Shown in pieces: positions 25,704 to 35,007 of a stretch of 53,629 bases of DNA. The position numbers and the translations under genes are program-made. Under the pieces are notes generated by a model, which saw only the letters and a program-made list of their open reading frames with translations, did no database searches and was not told the origin of the DNA. The stretch is from IMG/VR virus record IMGVR_UViG_3300033741_000039, positions 1 through 53,629 of that record; one strand, written 5' to 3'. How positions within the stretch are numbered: the stretch's first letter is position 1; the number at the start of each line of letters is the position of its first letter. The stretch comes from a virus. Its lineage: Duplodnaviria > Caudoviricetes.

Positions 25704-26359
25704 GCCTTGATCTCCTTGATCTTGACCATCTCTCCGACGGTCGCGTTGAGGACCTGCAGGTCCATTGTTGGTTGGTCCTCGAGCTCAGCGAACTGCTCTC
25801 CGGACTCATAGGCGTGGCGCTCCTTGATCCAGCTCGTCAGGCTGTTCCATGGGACGCCCATGGTGATGCTCGCGGCAGGTATGTCGCTGGCTCCCTCCTC
25901 CATCATACGCTCGCCAAGGAGGCGAAGCATAGCCACCATGGAGCGGGCGAGGTCCAGCTGGCCCTTGCCCAGTGTGAAGCTGACCGTGGTCTTGACGATG
26001 TCGCCACCGTTCAGCTGCTCAAGGTGATCGAAGGCGCGTGACTTGTCCTCGTCCGGCCACTCCGCTGGGATGCTCGCCTTGAAGTACGGGCGCAGCTCAC
26101 ACTCGACCGCAGGGCTGTCGCCCTGTGCCTTCAGCGTGAAGGAGGTCGTGCCGATCTGGTTGAAGATGTCGGGGAGGTCCTTGTGCCGAAGGGTTGTCAG
26201 CTCCTTCTTGGCGTCCTCGAGGTCTGTCTCGAGTTTCTTCACCTGCCTCTCCTTGTCGACCAGCTCCTGGCACTTGTCCCTGAGGGACGCCATACTCTGG
26301 TCGTTGGGAACGCTGGTGACGTCTCTGGCCTCGCTGGCCAGCTCGTCGAATAGACTCAT
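25700..26359 (-). CDS. Hypothetical replication-module protein with coiled-coil N-terminus
   Basis: AGGAG RBS; LP.IF..G..SFTL; GDIVK; VPWNSL. Confidence 0.75.
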   Translation of the reverse strand: MSLFDELASEARDVTSVPNDQSMASLRDKCQELVDKERQVKKLETDLEDAKKELTTLRHKDLPDIFNQIGTTSFTLKAQGDSPAVECELRPYFKASIPAEWPDEDKSRAFDHLEQLNGGDIVKTTVSFTLGKGQLDLARSMVAMLRLLGERMMEEGASDIPAASITMGVPWNSLTSWIKERHAYESGEQFAELEDQPTMDLQVLNATVGEMVKIKEIKA

Positions 26360-26390
26360 AGCTTTGCTCCTGTTGTGCTACAGAACCACC

Positions 26391-26419
26391 AGTATAGCGC
26401 CGGAACGGGCGGGACAAAA
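26391..26419 (-). promoter_or_regulatory. Putative leftward promoter TTTTGT-N17-TATACT (replication arm)
   Basis: Identical hexamers and spacing to 1343-1371. Confidence 0.6.
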
Positions 26420-26426
26420 TAGCCGT

Positions 26427-26466
26427 AAAATAGGGGCTAGCGCATGACGCGGGCCTCGGGTAGGGT
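26427..26466 (+). promoter_or_regulatory. Putative phage-specific rightward promoter motif AAAATAGGGGCTAGCNCATGAC
   Basis: 21/22 identity with 27738-27759. Confidence 0.55.
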
Positions 26467-26499
26467 TGGGACCGTCCTAGCTGCCCAGGAGAGCTGAAA

Positions 26500-26945
26500 C
26501 ATTATTGCTTTTTAGCTGGGTTTATAAAAGCAATAGTAAAAGCAATAAGTTGTTTTCCTCTAATAACAACGGGTTACGGGGCCTCTTATTGCTTTTAAAT
26601 AAATCCAATAATAAAACAATAGGGTGTATTCCCCTGCAATAACAGTGAGTTACAGGGTGCCTCGCGCGCGTATATCACACGCGTCGGCGGAGGCGTGTGC
26701 GCATGGACTCGAGGAAAAATCCAATAATCCAATAATGATTGCTGTAAGTATCCGTAATTAAAGAGGAATAGACTTATTGCTTTTAAAAGGTCTAAAATAA
26801 ATCCAATAATCGGGGCTGGAACCTACTGTTATTGCTCAGGAATTACTTATTGGATTTTTATTGCTTTTAGTTCGGAGATCTTTGGTAGGTGCTGCAGGTG
26901 TAAGGATCGGAGGAAATAGATCAGAGGTCGTGTGTGCGGGGGAGG
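26500..26945. repeat. AT-rich iteron region B (origin or packaging-site candidate)
   Basis: Many TTATTGCTTTTA / AATCCAATAA copies in both orientations at the divergence point of the two arms. Confidence 0.75.
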
Positions 26946-26972
26946 CTATTTTCTAACGGTAGTCACTAGCGT

Positions 26973-27200
26973 ATGGTAGGTGGAGCTTGGCAAGAGGAAG
27001 GGATGTTGGTGATGACGCCGGACGAGATAGCAGCTGAGGTGGACAGGTTGGTGATGAGGCTCGGGGGCCGTCTGACCGGGCTTGTGTTCCTGACCTCTGA
27101 GGGAGGCCACGGTGTGGTGGGGACGCACTCCTACAGGGCGGAGACCTACCAGAACTTGAACGACATCCTGCCTGTGACCCGACTGGTTGGACATGACTGA
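26973..27200 (+). CDS. Hypothetical protein (start uncertain)
   Basis: ORF track; overlaps the start of the NusG-like gene. Confidence 0.55.
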   Translation: MVGGAWQEEGMLVMTPDEIAAEVDRLVMRLGGRLTGLVFLTSEGGHGVVGTHSYRAETYQNLNDILPVTRLVGHD

Positions 27201-27735
27201 GGTCGTGTCTGAGGGGGAGTGGTTCGTTCTGCGTGGTGGTGACGTGGCACTGGCTCGGGCTGAGGATGATCTGGGACGGGAGGTGGTCTTCCTCCCCCGC
27301 CTCACTCAGACTGTTCGGGCAACTAGGCATGTCAAGCGAACGGAGACGCGGCTGGTGCCGCTCTATCCGGGGTACGGGTTCCTCGCCCCGCTGGGCCTGC
27401 GCCGTGTTGACCACCTGTCGGCTCGCTGGGGCGTGACCCTGATGCGCCATCTCGACGGGGCACCCGTCACGGTACAGGAGGATGAGCTGCGCTATGCGAG
27501 GAGCGTGGTCAGCGACGATGAGAGGTATCAGAGTACCCCTGAGAGGTATCAGAGTACCGCTCAGAAGATTCAGCCAGGAGAGCGAGTAGTCATTGACCTT
27601 CGGTCAATAGGAAGGTGGATTGGTACAGTCGTGTCTGTTTGTGGGGACGTGGCCCATGTGGCTGTCGACAGCAGGCCAATGCCAGTGAACGTTCCAGCTC
27701 ATCGCCTTACTCTCGCAAGTGAAAGTAATCAATAG
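27193..27735 (+). CDS. NusG/RfaH-like antitermination factor
   Basis: NGN domain WFVL..VFLP..PLYPGYGF; KOW-like IQPGERVVI..G.V. Confidence 0.78.
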   Translation: MTEVVSEGEWFVLRGGDVALARAEDDLGREVVFLPRLTQTVRATRHVKRTETRLVPLYPGYGFLAPLGLRRVDHLSARWGVTLMRHLDGAPVTVQEDELRYARSVVSDDERYQSTPERYQSTAQKIQPGERVVIDLRSIGRWIGTVVSVCGDVAHVAVDSRPMPVNVPAHRLTLASESNQ

Positions 27736-27737
27736 AT

Positions 27738-27777
27738 AAAATAGGGGCTAGCTCATGACCGCCCGCTCGCGTATACG
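27738..27777 (+). promoter_or_regulatory. Putative late promoter upstream of terminase (second motif copy)
   Basis: Repeat of the 26427 motif; TAGCTC-N17-TATACG. Confidence 0.55.
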
Positions 27778-27902
27778 GGGACTAGGGATGACCAGACGGA
27801 GGCGCTTGCGCTCGACCGCTGTCCCTCGGGCCACTCGCCCACTGTATCACGCGGCTGTCCAGGAGGACACCCGTGTTTTCACTGTTTCTAGAGGACCAAC
27901 CA

Positions 27903-28337
27903 ATGGGCATACCAGGACCACCCAAGGGCACCCCGGCCCACCCGAACACCAAGCCTCACCTGTGGAAGAAGGGCCAGTCTGGCAACCCCAGAGGGCACAA
28001 CTCCACCTCAGCCAAGCGCATCCAGAAGAACGCAGCCAAGGCCACTGAGCTTCGGGAGAAGTTCCTGTCAACCCTGGAGAGCCGCATCGCGACGATTGAG
28101 GTCATGGCTGAGGACGAGTTCGCCAACGACCCCTCCTCCGCTGAGAGAGAGAAGAGCTCAAGGATCATGGCCCTGCTGGACGCTGACATCAACCGACTGA
28201 TGACCGACTCCGAGAACAGGGGATACGGCGCACCGAAGCAGCCTGTCGACCTGACCAAGCGGACCGTTGCCGCAGACGACATGGACGACGACGAGCTGGC
28301 CGCAATCGCAGCAGACGAAGATGCCGAGCAGGAGTGA
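27903..28337 (+). CDS. Terminase small subunit
   Basis: WKKGQSGNPRG (DUF5681-like) motif; directly upstream of the large subunit. Confidence 0.75.
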   Translation: MGIPGPPKGTPAHPNTKPHLWKKGQSGNPRGHNSTSAKRIQKNAAKATELREKFLSTLESRIATIEVMAEDEFANDPSSAEREKSSRIMALLDADINRLMTDSENRGYGAPKQPVDLTKRTVAADDMDDDELAAIAADEDAEQE

Positions 28338-29778
28338 GGCAGCCGCTGAGCTTCTCGCCCGCAGGCAGGACCGACGGGAGTCAGAGAGCCTAGCCGAGTT
28401 CGCCAAGAGAGCATGGCATGTACTCGAGCCGGGGCGCGCCCTCAAGTGGGGCTGGTGCCTCGACGCGGTGTGCGAGCATCTGGAGGCAGCGGTCCGGGGC
28501 GACATACAGAAGCTGGCCATCAACGTGCCACCGGGCTGCATGAAGTCCCTGCTGACTGCAGTCATCCTTCCAGCTTGGGTCTGGGGTCCAGCGGCCCGCC
28601 CTAGCACACGCTACATCGGGACGTCCCACGCTCTGCACCTCGCGACACGGGACAACCTGAAGTGCCGACGCCTTATCAAGAGTCCGTGGTACCAGAACCG
28701 CTGGAAGGTTCCGCTCATGGCGGACCAGGACGCGAAGACCAAGTTCGAGAACAGCAGCACTGGCTTCCGGGAGGCGATGTCCTTCACCTCCATGACGGGC
28801 AGTCGGGGCGACATAGTTGGTGTTGATGACCCGCTGTCCGCTGACGGAGCCAACTCCGACGAGATACGCAAGAACGTTGCAACAACGTTCACTGAGTCGC
28901 TGCCCTCGCGCGGAAACGATCCCGACGAGAGCGTGTTCATCCTGATCATGCAGCGCCTGCACGAGGCCGACCCGACGGGACTGATAATCGAGCACGACCT
29001 GGACTGGGACCTGCTCATCCTGCCAATGGAGTTCGAGGCGGACCGACGCTGCACCACCAGCATCGGGTTCACCGACCCCCGCACCAAGGAGGGTGAGCTG
29101 CTCTTCCCTGAGCGCTTCTCAGCGCAGGCGGTTGCCTCACTCAAGAAGGAGCTGAGTGCGGAGGGAGGCGAGTACGCTGTCTCCGGCCAGCTGCAGCAGT
29201 CGCCCATTCCTAGGGGCGGGTCGCTGTTTCGTCGTGAGGACTTCTGCACCATCCCAGCTGCCCCTGTCGGGACTGTCTGGGCGCGGGGCTGGGACCTTGC
29301 AGGGACGAAGAAGAAGCACAGCCCGTACACAGCTGGTGTACTGATAGGCCGCGCGCCCTCGGGCCGGACCGTGATCGGCGACGCCCGACGCAAGCAGGAG
29401 AACCCAACTGGGGTCGAGCGCATGTTGGTGAACACGGGACATCAGGACGCGGCGCAGTACGGTACTGTCTACGGCTCGGGGCCTCAGGACCCCGGACAGG
29501 CGGGCAAGGCACAGGCGCAGTATCTGATGAAGAAGCTGGCTGGGCTCATCTACGAGTTCACCCCTGAGACAGGCGACAAGGTCACGCGGGCCATGCCGCT
29601 CTCCTCGCAGGTCGGGTCGGGCAACGTGGACCTTGTGGCTGGTGACTGGAACAAGGAATACCTGGACGAGATGTGCTCGTTCCCTCGCGGCAAGTTCGCG
29701 GACCAGGTCGACGCGTCCTCCAGGGCCTTCTCCAGGCTCCAGGACGCACCACACTACAACCTTGACGGTGTTGAATAG
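28321..29778 (+). CDS. terL: Terminase large subunit
   Basis: INVPPGCMKS, TGSRGD.VGVDDP, IMQRLHEAD, QLQQSP, GWDLA, QDPGQAGK, FPRGKFADQVDA. Confidence 0.93.
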   Translation: MPSRSEAAAELLARRQDRRESESLAEFAKRAWHVLEPGRALKWGWCLDAVCEHLEAAVRGDIQKLAINVPPGCMKSLLTAVILPAWVWGPAARPSTRYIGTSHALHLATRDNLKCRRLIKSPWYQNRWKVPLMADQDAKTKFENSSTGFREAMSFTSMTGSRGDIVGVDDPLSADGANSDEIRKNVATTFTESLPSRGNDPDESVFILIMQRLHEADPTGLIIEHDLDWDLLILPMEFEADRRCTTSIGFTDPRTKEGELLFPERFSAQAVASLKKELSAEGGEYAVSGQLQQSPIPRGGSLFRREDFCTIPAAPVGTVWARGWDLAGTKKKHSPYTAGVLIGRAPSGRTVIGDARRKQENPTGVERMLVNTGHQDAAQYGTVYGSGPQDPGQAGKAQAQYLMKKLAGLIYEFTPETGDKVTRAMPLSSQVGSGNVDLVAGDWNKEYLDEMCSFPRGKFADQVDASSRAFSRLQDAPHYNLDGVE

Positions 29779-31572
29779 ATGCAACTTCTCGACTCCCTCG
29801 TGAACCTCGTCTCCAGACTGGGCACATCCTCCGACAAGGGTACTCACTCTGAGTACGTTGATGAGATACTCACGGCGCAGCAGATCATCACCGCCTACCG
29901 TGTCTCCGGAGTGGTGCGGACCATAGTCGACCGCCCAGCGCGGGAGGCTGTCCGCGCATGGCGTGAGTGGCAGGCTACCGCTGACGAAATCAGTGCCATT
30001 GAGCTGGTCGAGAAGAAGCTGGGCCTGCGCATCAAGTGGCGCAACAGCATTCGCCGCGCCCGCCTCATGGGCGGTGGCGCCATCTACATCGGCACTGGAG
30101 ACCAGAACCTGGAGCTGCCCCTCGACCCGTTCAAGATGAAGAAGGGCGGGCTGCAGTTCCTTACCGTGCTCTCACGCAACCAGCTGACCGCTGGACCCAT
30201 GGTCACAGACCCCTCGCTGGAGGGGTTCGGTCAGCCTGAGTACTTCACTCTGGCCCGGTACTCCGGCTCACCGAGGGTGCACCCCACGCGGCTGGCCATC
30301 TTCCGTGGACCCGACGTCCCGGACGAGGACATCACGCAGGCCATGGGGTACTGGGGCGACTCAGTGCTGAACGCGGTCCTGAGTGCGGTCAAGCGTGTCG
30401 ACAGCACCGCAGGCAACATGGCCTCGCTCGTGTTCGAGGCGAAGATCGACGTCATCAAGATTCCCGGCCTGCTGGACCGCCTTGCTGGTCCGGACGGAGA
30501 CAAGTTCGAGCGGCTGGTGCAGCGGCGCGTTGCCCTGAGCAACACAGCCAAGAGCTCAGTCAACGCTCTGCTCATGGACACCAGCGAGGAGTTCGAGCAG
30601 CGTGAGTACAGCTTCACTGGCCTGCCTCAGGTGGCGGAGACCATGATGACTCTGGTCAGTGCGGAGACGGGCATCCCCGCCACTCTGCTCTGGGGCAAGA
30701 GTCCTGATGGGATGAACGCCACTGGTGAGTCCGATCGGGACAACTGGGAGGACCTCATCTCGTCCGTCCAGGAGGAGAGCGCTGAGGCGGCCTCCATTCT
30801 CGACCAGTGCATCATCGCGTCGGCCCTCGGGTCTGTCCCCGATGAGGTTCACTTCAACTGGCGTCCGCTGCAGCAGATGACGTCTGAGGAGCGGGCCGAG
30901 GTCGGCAGCAAGAACAGCGAGATGCTGACCAGGATCGTTGAGATGGGCCTGATCCCCGAGGAGGCCATGCAGCGTGTGGTGGTCAACGTGATGACTGAGT
31001 CCGGAGCCATGCCCGGCTTCGAGGGCGCAGTCGCGGACTACTACGAGGAGCACCCCGACGAGGAGGGTGACCTTGTGGGTCTGGCTGAGGAGCCTGAGGA
31101 GGAGCCGAAGCTCAGGGTCGTTGGCGACATGGCTCCGCGCACCATGTACGTGCGCCGCGACGTTCTCAACGCTGAGGACATCCTGGCCCACTACCGCGAG
31201 CAGGGCATCACTGGCCTGGAGCCAGCCGAGGAGCTGCACGTCACGATCATCTACAGCAGGACGCCTGTCGACTGGATGACAATGGGAGAGACCTGGGACG
31301 ACGCGATCGAGATACGGGAGGGTGGTCCTAGGGCCAGCGACCTGTTCGGACTGGAGCGTGACTATCTGGTCCTCCAGTTCGCGTCCAGCTCGCTCGAGTG
31401 GCGTCACTCGGACATGCTGCGCCTCGGTGCCTCGTCCGATCACCCGAAGTACCAGCCGCACATCACCATTGCCCATGGCCCGGACGTCGCCTATCAGGAC
31501 CCGGAGAAGATTGAGCCGTACAGGGGCATCATCAGGCTTGGCCCGGAGATATTCGAGCCAGTCAAGGAGTAG
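29779..31572 (+). CDS. DUF1073-type portal protein fused to a C-terminal Acb1-like 2H phosphodiesterase
   Basis: Portal motifs RARLMGG, VHPTRL, WGDSVL, GIPATLLWGKSPDGMNATGESD; C-terminal LHVTII..PHITIA (two HxT motifs). Confidence 0.88.
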   Translation: MQLLDSLVNLVSRLGTSSDKGTHSEYVDEILTAQQIITAYRVSGVVRTIVDRPAREAVRAWREWQATADEISAIELVEKKLGLRIKWRNSIRRARLMGGGAIYIGTGDQNLELPLDPFKMKKGGLQFLTVLSRNQLTAGPMVTDPSLEGFGQPEYFTLARYSGSPRVHPTRLAIFRGPDVPDEDITQAMGYWGDSVLNAVLSAVKRVDSTAGNMASLVFEAKIDVIKIPGLLDRLAGPDGDKFERLVQRRVALSNTAKSSVNALLMDTSEEFEQREYSFTGLPQVAETMMTLVSAETGIPATLLWGKSPDGMNATGESDRDNWEDLISSVQEESAEAASILDQCIIASALGSVPDEVHFNWRPLQQMTSEERAEVGSKNSEMLTRIVEMGLIPEEAMQRVVVNVMTESGAMPGFEGAVADYYEEHPDEEGDLVGLAEEPEEEPKLRVVGDMAPRTMYVRRDVLNAEDILAHYREQGITGLEPAEELHVTIIYSRTPVDWMTMGETWDDAIEIREGGPRASDLFGLERDYLVLQFASSSLEWRHSDMLRLGASSDHPKYQPHITIAHGPDVAYQDPEKIEPYRGIIRLGPEIFEPVKE

Positions 31573-31575
31573 ACC

Positions 31576-31899
31576 ATGCCAGACAAGAGAACACTGACCG
31601 ACGGCAGTCCAGTCACCGACGACCATCGCGAGGTCGACCCCAAGACAGGGCTGCAGAAGGCATATGTGGTCCTCTCCGATGAGGAGCGGGCGCGAGGCTT
31701 CGTTCGCCCAGTTCGGAAGAACTACAGGCACCTGACGTGCGGCGTTGTCACAACCATGGGTCTACCCATTGCGGAGACCTACGCTCGCGAACCCTCATTC
31801 TACAGCGGAACATACTGCACTGGCTGCGGTGGACACTTCCCAGTGGGAGAAGAGGGTGAGTTCGTCTGGGTGGACAGTGATGAGAAGGTAGGGACATAA
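31576..31899 (+). CDS. Hypothetical Zn-binding protein
   Basis: H..CG..T..TYAR.P.FY..TYC..C..HFP; AAGGAG RBS. Confidence 0.75.
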   Translation: MPDKRTLTDGSPVTDDHREVDPKTGLQKAYVVLSDEERARGFVRPVRKNYRHLTCGVVTTMGLPIAETYAREPSFYSGTYCTGCGGHFPVGEEGEFVWVDSDEKVGT

Positions 31900-31900
31900 C

Positions 31901-33043
31901 ATGATCAGGTTCGAGGACAGGTCAGCGCTGAGCGGCATCCACATCACGCAGGACGGGTATCTCGTCACGCAGGCGCTTGCCGTGCGCACTGGCATTCAGG
32001 AGTACTATGGCCACGAGCTTGGCCTGACCGACGAGCGACGCGACCAGATCGTCCGGGTCTACCGCTCGGAGGAGGAGGTACGCAGCCCAGCCAGCCTCAC
32101 CACGTTCAGCCATGCCCCAGTGACGGACGGACATCCCCCCGTATCCGTGGCTGCTGAGAACTGGGCCGACCTTGCCAAGGGTGAGGTCTCCACTGAGGCC
32201 AGCTGGGAGGACAACCACATCCGCCTGCCCCTGATCATCAAGGATGGGGAGCTGATCAAGAAGGTTCAGGCTGGAACCCGCGACCTCAGCGCAGGCTACA
32301 GCGCACAGATTGTCTTCGGAGACGGTGTCACGCCTGAGGGCGAAACCTACGATGCGAAGCAGACGAATATCCGGATCAACCACCTTGCCGTTGTGCAGGC
32401 TGGTAGAGCCGGGTCCGCCCGGATCGGGGACACGCGCCCGTCCGAGACATGGGGCGCTACGCCCCGACATGCAGAGAAGGAGAACACAATGAATCTGCAG
32501 ACCATCTTGGTAGATGGACTCTCGATCCAGGTTACGGATCAGGGTGCACAGGCCATCAAGAAACTTCAGGACGCACTGACGAAGGTCACTGGCGACCTGG
32601 AGACCGAGCGCGCAGCGCACACAAAGGCGATTGACGACAAGGACCGTGAGTTCGCCAAGGTCGAGGCTGAGCGGGACACCGCCCTCGAGAAGGTTCTGGA
32701 CGACAAGGCACTTGACGACGCAGTCAAGGTCCGGTCCGACCTGCTCGAGGACGCCCGTCTCGTTCACGCTGAGGGTGTGTTCGCTGGTCTGTCCCTTGCT
32801 GACGTTCGCAAGGCAGTCGTGGCGCACAAGCTGGGCGACGAGAAGGTCAAGGACCGCGCCGACGCCTACATCGAGGCCCGCTTCGACACCCTCGTCGATG
32901 CAGCCAAGGAGGTCCTGAAGAAGGACCCTCTTGTTCGCGCCATGGATGGCGCACCCACCCAGTCGCTCAGCGCTGATGATCCCCAGACACACCGTCAGGC
33001 GATGATCGACGAGCTGAACGGCACGAAGAAGAAGGAGGCCTGA
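31901..33043 (+). CDS. DUF2213 head maturation protease/scaffold
   Basis: DGYL..RTGIQEY, VYR..EEV, PVTDGHP, LSAGY, NHLAVV..GRAG..RIGD; coiled-coil C-terminus. Confidence 0.88.
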   Translation: MIRFEDRSALSGIHITQDGYLVTQALAVRTGIQEYYGHELGLTDERRDQIVRVYRSEEEVRSPASLTTFSHAPVTDGHPPVSVAAENWADLAKGEVSTEASWEDNHIRLPLIIKDGELIKKVQAGTRDLSAGYSAQIVFGDGVTPEGETYDAKQTNIRINHLAVVQAGRAGSARIGDTRPSETWGATPRHAEKENTMNLQTILVDGLSIQVTDQGAQAIKKLQDALTKVTGDLETERAAHTKAIDDKDREFAKVEAERDTALEKVLDDKALDDAVKVRSDLLEDARLVHAEGVFAGLSLADVRKAVVAHKLGDEKVKDRADAYIEARFDTLVDAAKEVLKKDPLVRAMDGAPTQSLSADDPQTHRQAMIDELNGTKKKEA

Positions 33044-33046
33044 TCA

Positions 33047-33526
33047 ATGGCTACCTACCAGACAAGCTACGGCATCAACAAGGCGCGCGGCCTGCCAGGC
33101 CAGGTCTCCACGCTTGAGGAGAGCAACCGCATCACTCGCACTGTCGAGACTGCGGCTGGCATCGCGTTCGGACAGCCCGTTCAGCGCGGCACTGCCGACC
33201 GGGGCGCGGCCATCCTATCAACGGGTGACTTCCTCGGCCTTGCCATCCTCCACGTCGCTGTTGCGCCTGACGCGGCGAACCCTGACGCCTATCCTCAGTA
33301 CTCCGAGCTGGGGATCATGACCGAGGGCACAATGTACGTCACCGCTGGCGGCACCGTTGCCCCCGGCGATCTGGTGTACTGGGACGCGGCAACAGGCAAG
33401 TACTCCAACCTGAACACCGACGTCGAGGTGCCCGGTGCCACGTTCGAGGAGACCGCAGGCGATGGCGACATCGTTGAGATCGCCCTGATGGCGCGTCCCC
33501 TGACGCGTATTGACGCGATCGCCTAA
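33047..33526 (+). CDS. Capsid decoration/cement protein
   Basis: Position before the MCP; IAFGQPV..FLG..G.MYV. Confidence 0.75.
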   Translation: MATYQTSYGINKARGLPGQVSTLEESNRITRTVETAAGIAFGQPVQRGTADRGAAILSTGDFLGLAILHVAVAPDAANPDAYPQYSELGIMTEGTMYVTAGGTVAPGDLVYWDAATGKYSNLNTDVEVPGATFEETAGDGDIVEIALMARPLTRIDAIA

Positions 33527-33584
33527 TCCGGCGATCACCAGACAAGTGACGGCCTGACGGTCTCACAGAGAGAGAGGAAAGACT

Positions 33585-34565
33585 ATGAATATGCCCATCA
33601 CGGGACCTCAGGCCTTCGCTGATGCACAGGCGGCTCTGCCGTTCGTTATCGCGCAGGGTCGGAACATCGAGTCCCGCATCTACCAGAAACGCTACCCCAC
33701 CTTCGACTATGGGATGCACGTTCCGGTAATCACCGAGGGCGCACCATGGGCCATCGGTACGACCTTCTTCACCGTTGACTCAACTGGTGAGGCGCGGTTC
33801 ATCTCCGGCGCGGCGCAGGACCTGCCAACCAACAGCGCGACACGCGGGCAGGCGAGCCACGACTTCGCCATGATCGGCTCGGGCTGGGAGTGGAACCTGG
33901 AGGAGATCAACCAGTCCGCTCTGTACGGCATCCCGCTGAACGCGACCAAGGCCCTGTCGGCCACGAACAGCATCGAGCGACTGCTGTACGAGATCGCCAT
34001 GCGCGGCGACACCAGCAAGAACTGGACTGGCCTCGTGAACGACGCCGCAGTCTCCCGTGTGGATGCTGCAGCGACGGGCACTGGCTCGGCTACCTTCTGG
34101 TCCACCAAGACAGTGGATCAGATCGTTGGTGACGTCAACGACCTGCTCGGGTCCATTCGCTCGAGCACTGAGGAGGTCGAGTGGGCTGACACGCTCCGTC
34201 TGCCTCCTGAGGCGTTCCGCTACATCGCCTCCACCCGCGTTGGTGCAGGCGACGGCACGATGACCATTCTGACGATGCTCCGCACGAACAACATCTACAC
34301 TGCGGAGACCAACCAGCCTCTGGACATCGCACCGCTGCGCGATCTGGCGACTGCATCGGTCAATGGTGGTGGCCGCATGATCGCCTACCGCAAGGACGAG
34401 GAGGTGGTTCGCTTCCACCTGCCGATGCCTCGTAACGTGCTCGCGCCTCGCCAGAAGTCCATCATGGGCTTTGAGACGGGCATCATCTCCCGTACTGGTG
34501 GCGTAGAGATTCGCCTTCCCGGCGCGATGGGGTACATGGACGAGATCACCAACATCCCGGCCTAA
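33585..34565 (+). CDS. Major capsid protein (DUF2184 family)
   Basis: Size, position, G...W..EE, GLVN, TL.LPP, RMIAY, F..PMP, GGVEIR.P..Y.D. Confidence 0.88.
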   Translation: MNMPITGPQAFADAQAALPFVIAQGRNIESRIYQKRYPTFDYGMHVPVITEGAPWAIGTTFFTVDSTGEARFISGAAQDLPTNSATRGQASHDFAMIGSGWEWNLEEINQSALYGIPLNATKALSATNSIERLLYEIAMRGDTSKNWTGLVNDAAVSRVDAAATGTGSATFWSTKTVDQIVGDVNDLLGSIRSSTEEVEWADTLRLPPEAFRYIASTRVGAGDGTMTILTMLRTNNIYTAETNQPLDIAPLRDLATASVNGGGRMIAYRKDEEVVRFHLPMPRNVLAPRQKSIMGFETGIISRTGGVEIRLPGAMGYMDEITNIPA

Positions 34566-34571
34566 CAGCAC

Positions 34572-34600
34572 GACCCGTCCGGGATGAGCTCGGGCGGGTC
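34572..34600 (+). terminator. Hairpin after the MCP gene (terminator or stabiliser)
   Basis: GACCCGUCCG/CGGGCGGGUC stem; weak U-tract. Confidence 0.45.
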
Positions 34601-34633
34601 TAACCTGCTAACTCAACAAGAGGGAAGATCGAG

Positions 34634-34999
34634 ATGATCAAGGTAAAGAATAACGGCAAGCGCCACGAGGGCATTCGCGATCGCAACCAGCAGCTGGTCA
34701 TGATCAAGGCTGGCCAGACGCGCGAGGTCGATCTGGACGAGACAACAGGCACCCGCGCAGCCCGCATTGCGACGCTCAGCTTCGATGGACATAGCCTAGA
34801 GGACGCGCAGGAGCCTGAGGGCGGTGGCGAGGACGACCGCGCCGCAGCTGTCCGTGAGGCCATCTTCGCGCTCGCCGACAGCGAGTTCAACGCTGACAAG
34901 TCACCCAACCTCGAGGCACTCAACAGCAAGATGGCTGAGGGCGCTGCGAAGGTCTCCTCTGACGAGCGGGACGCGGTCTGGGCTGACATCAACAAGTAG
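34634..34999 (+). CDS. Hypothetical virion-associated protein
   Basis: Position; C-terminal F...P.LEAL..VS..ERD.VW small helical domain. Confidence 0.7.
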   Translation: MIKVKNNGKRHEGIRDRNQQLVMIKAGQTREVDLDETTGTRAARIATLSFDGHSLEDAQEPEGGGEDDRAAAVREAIFALADSEFNADKSPNLEALNSKMAEGAAKVSSDERDAVWADINK

Positions 35000-35007
35000 G
35001 AGCTGAC

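Noticed and set aside
26500-26880. AT-rich repeats as a CRISPR or mini-array
   Set aside because: Repeats are short, in both orientations and irregularly spaced; no cas genes are present
30556-34571. Long antisense ORFs (30556-31731, 31922-32992, 33780-34571; likewise 12349-13233, 18607-19530, 20866-22035, 46079-47113, 51770-52723)
   Set aside because: Shadow ORFs opposite well-supported genes in high-GC DNA; no recognisable motifs
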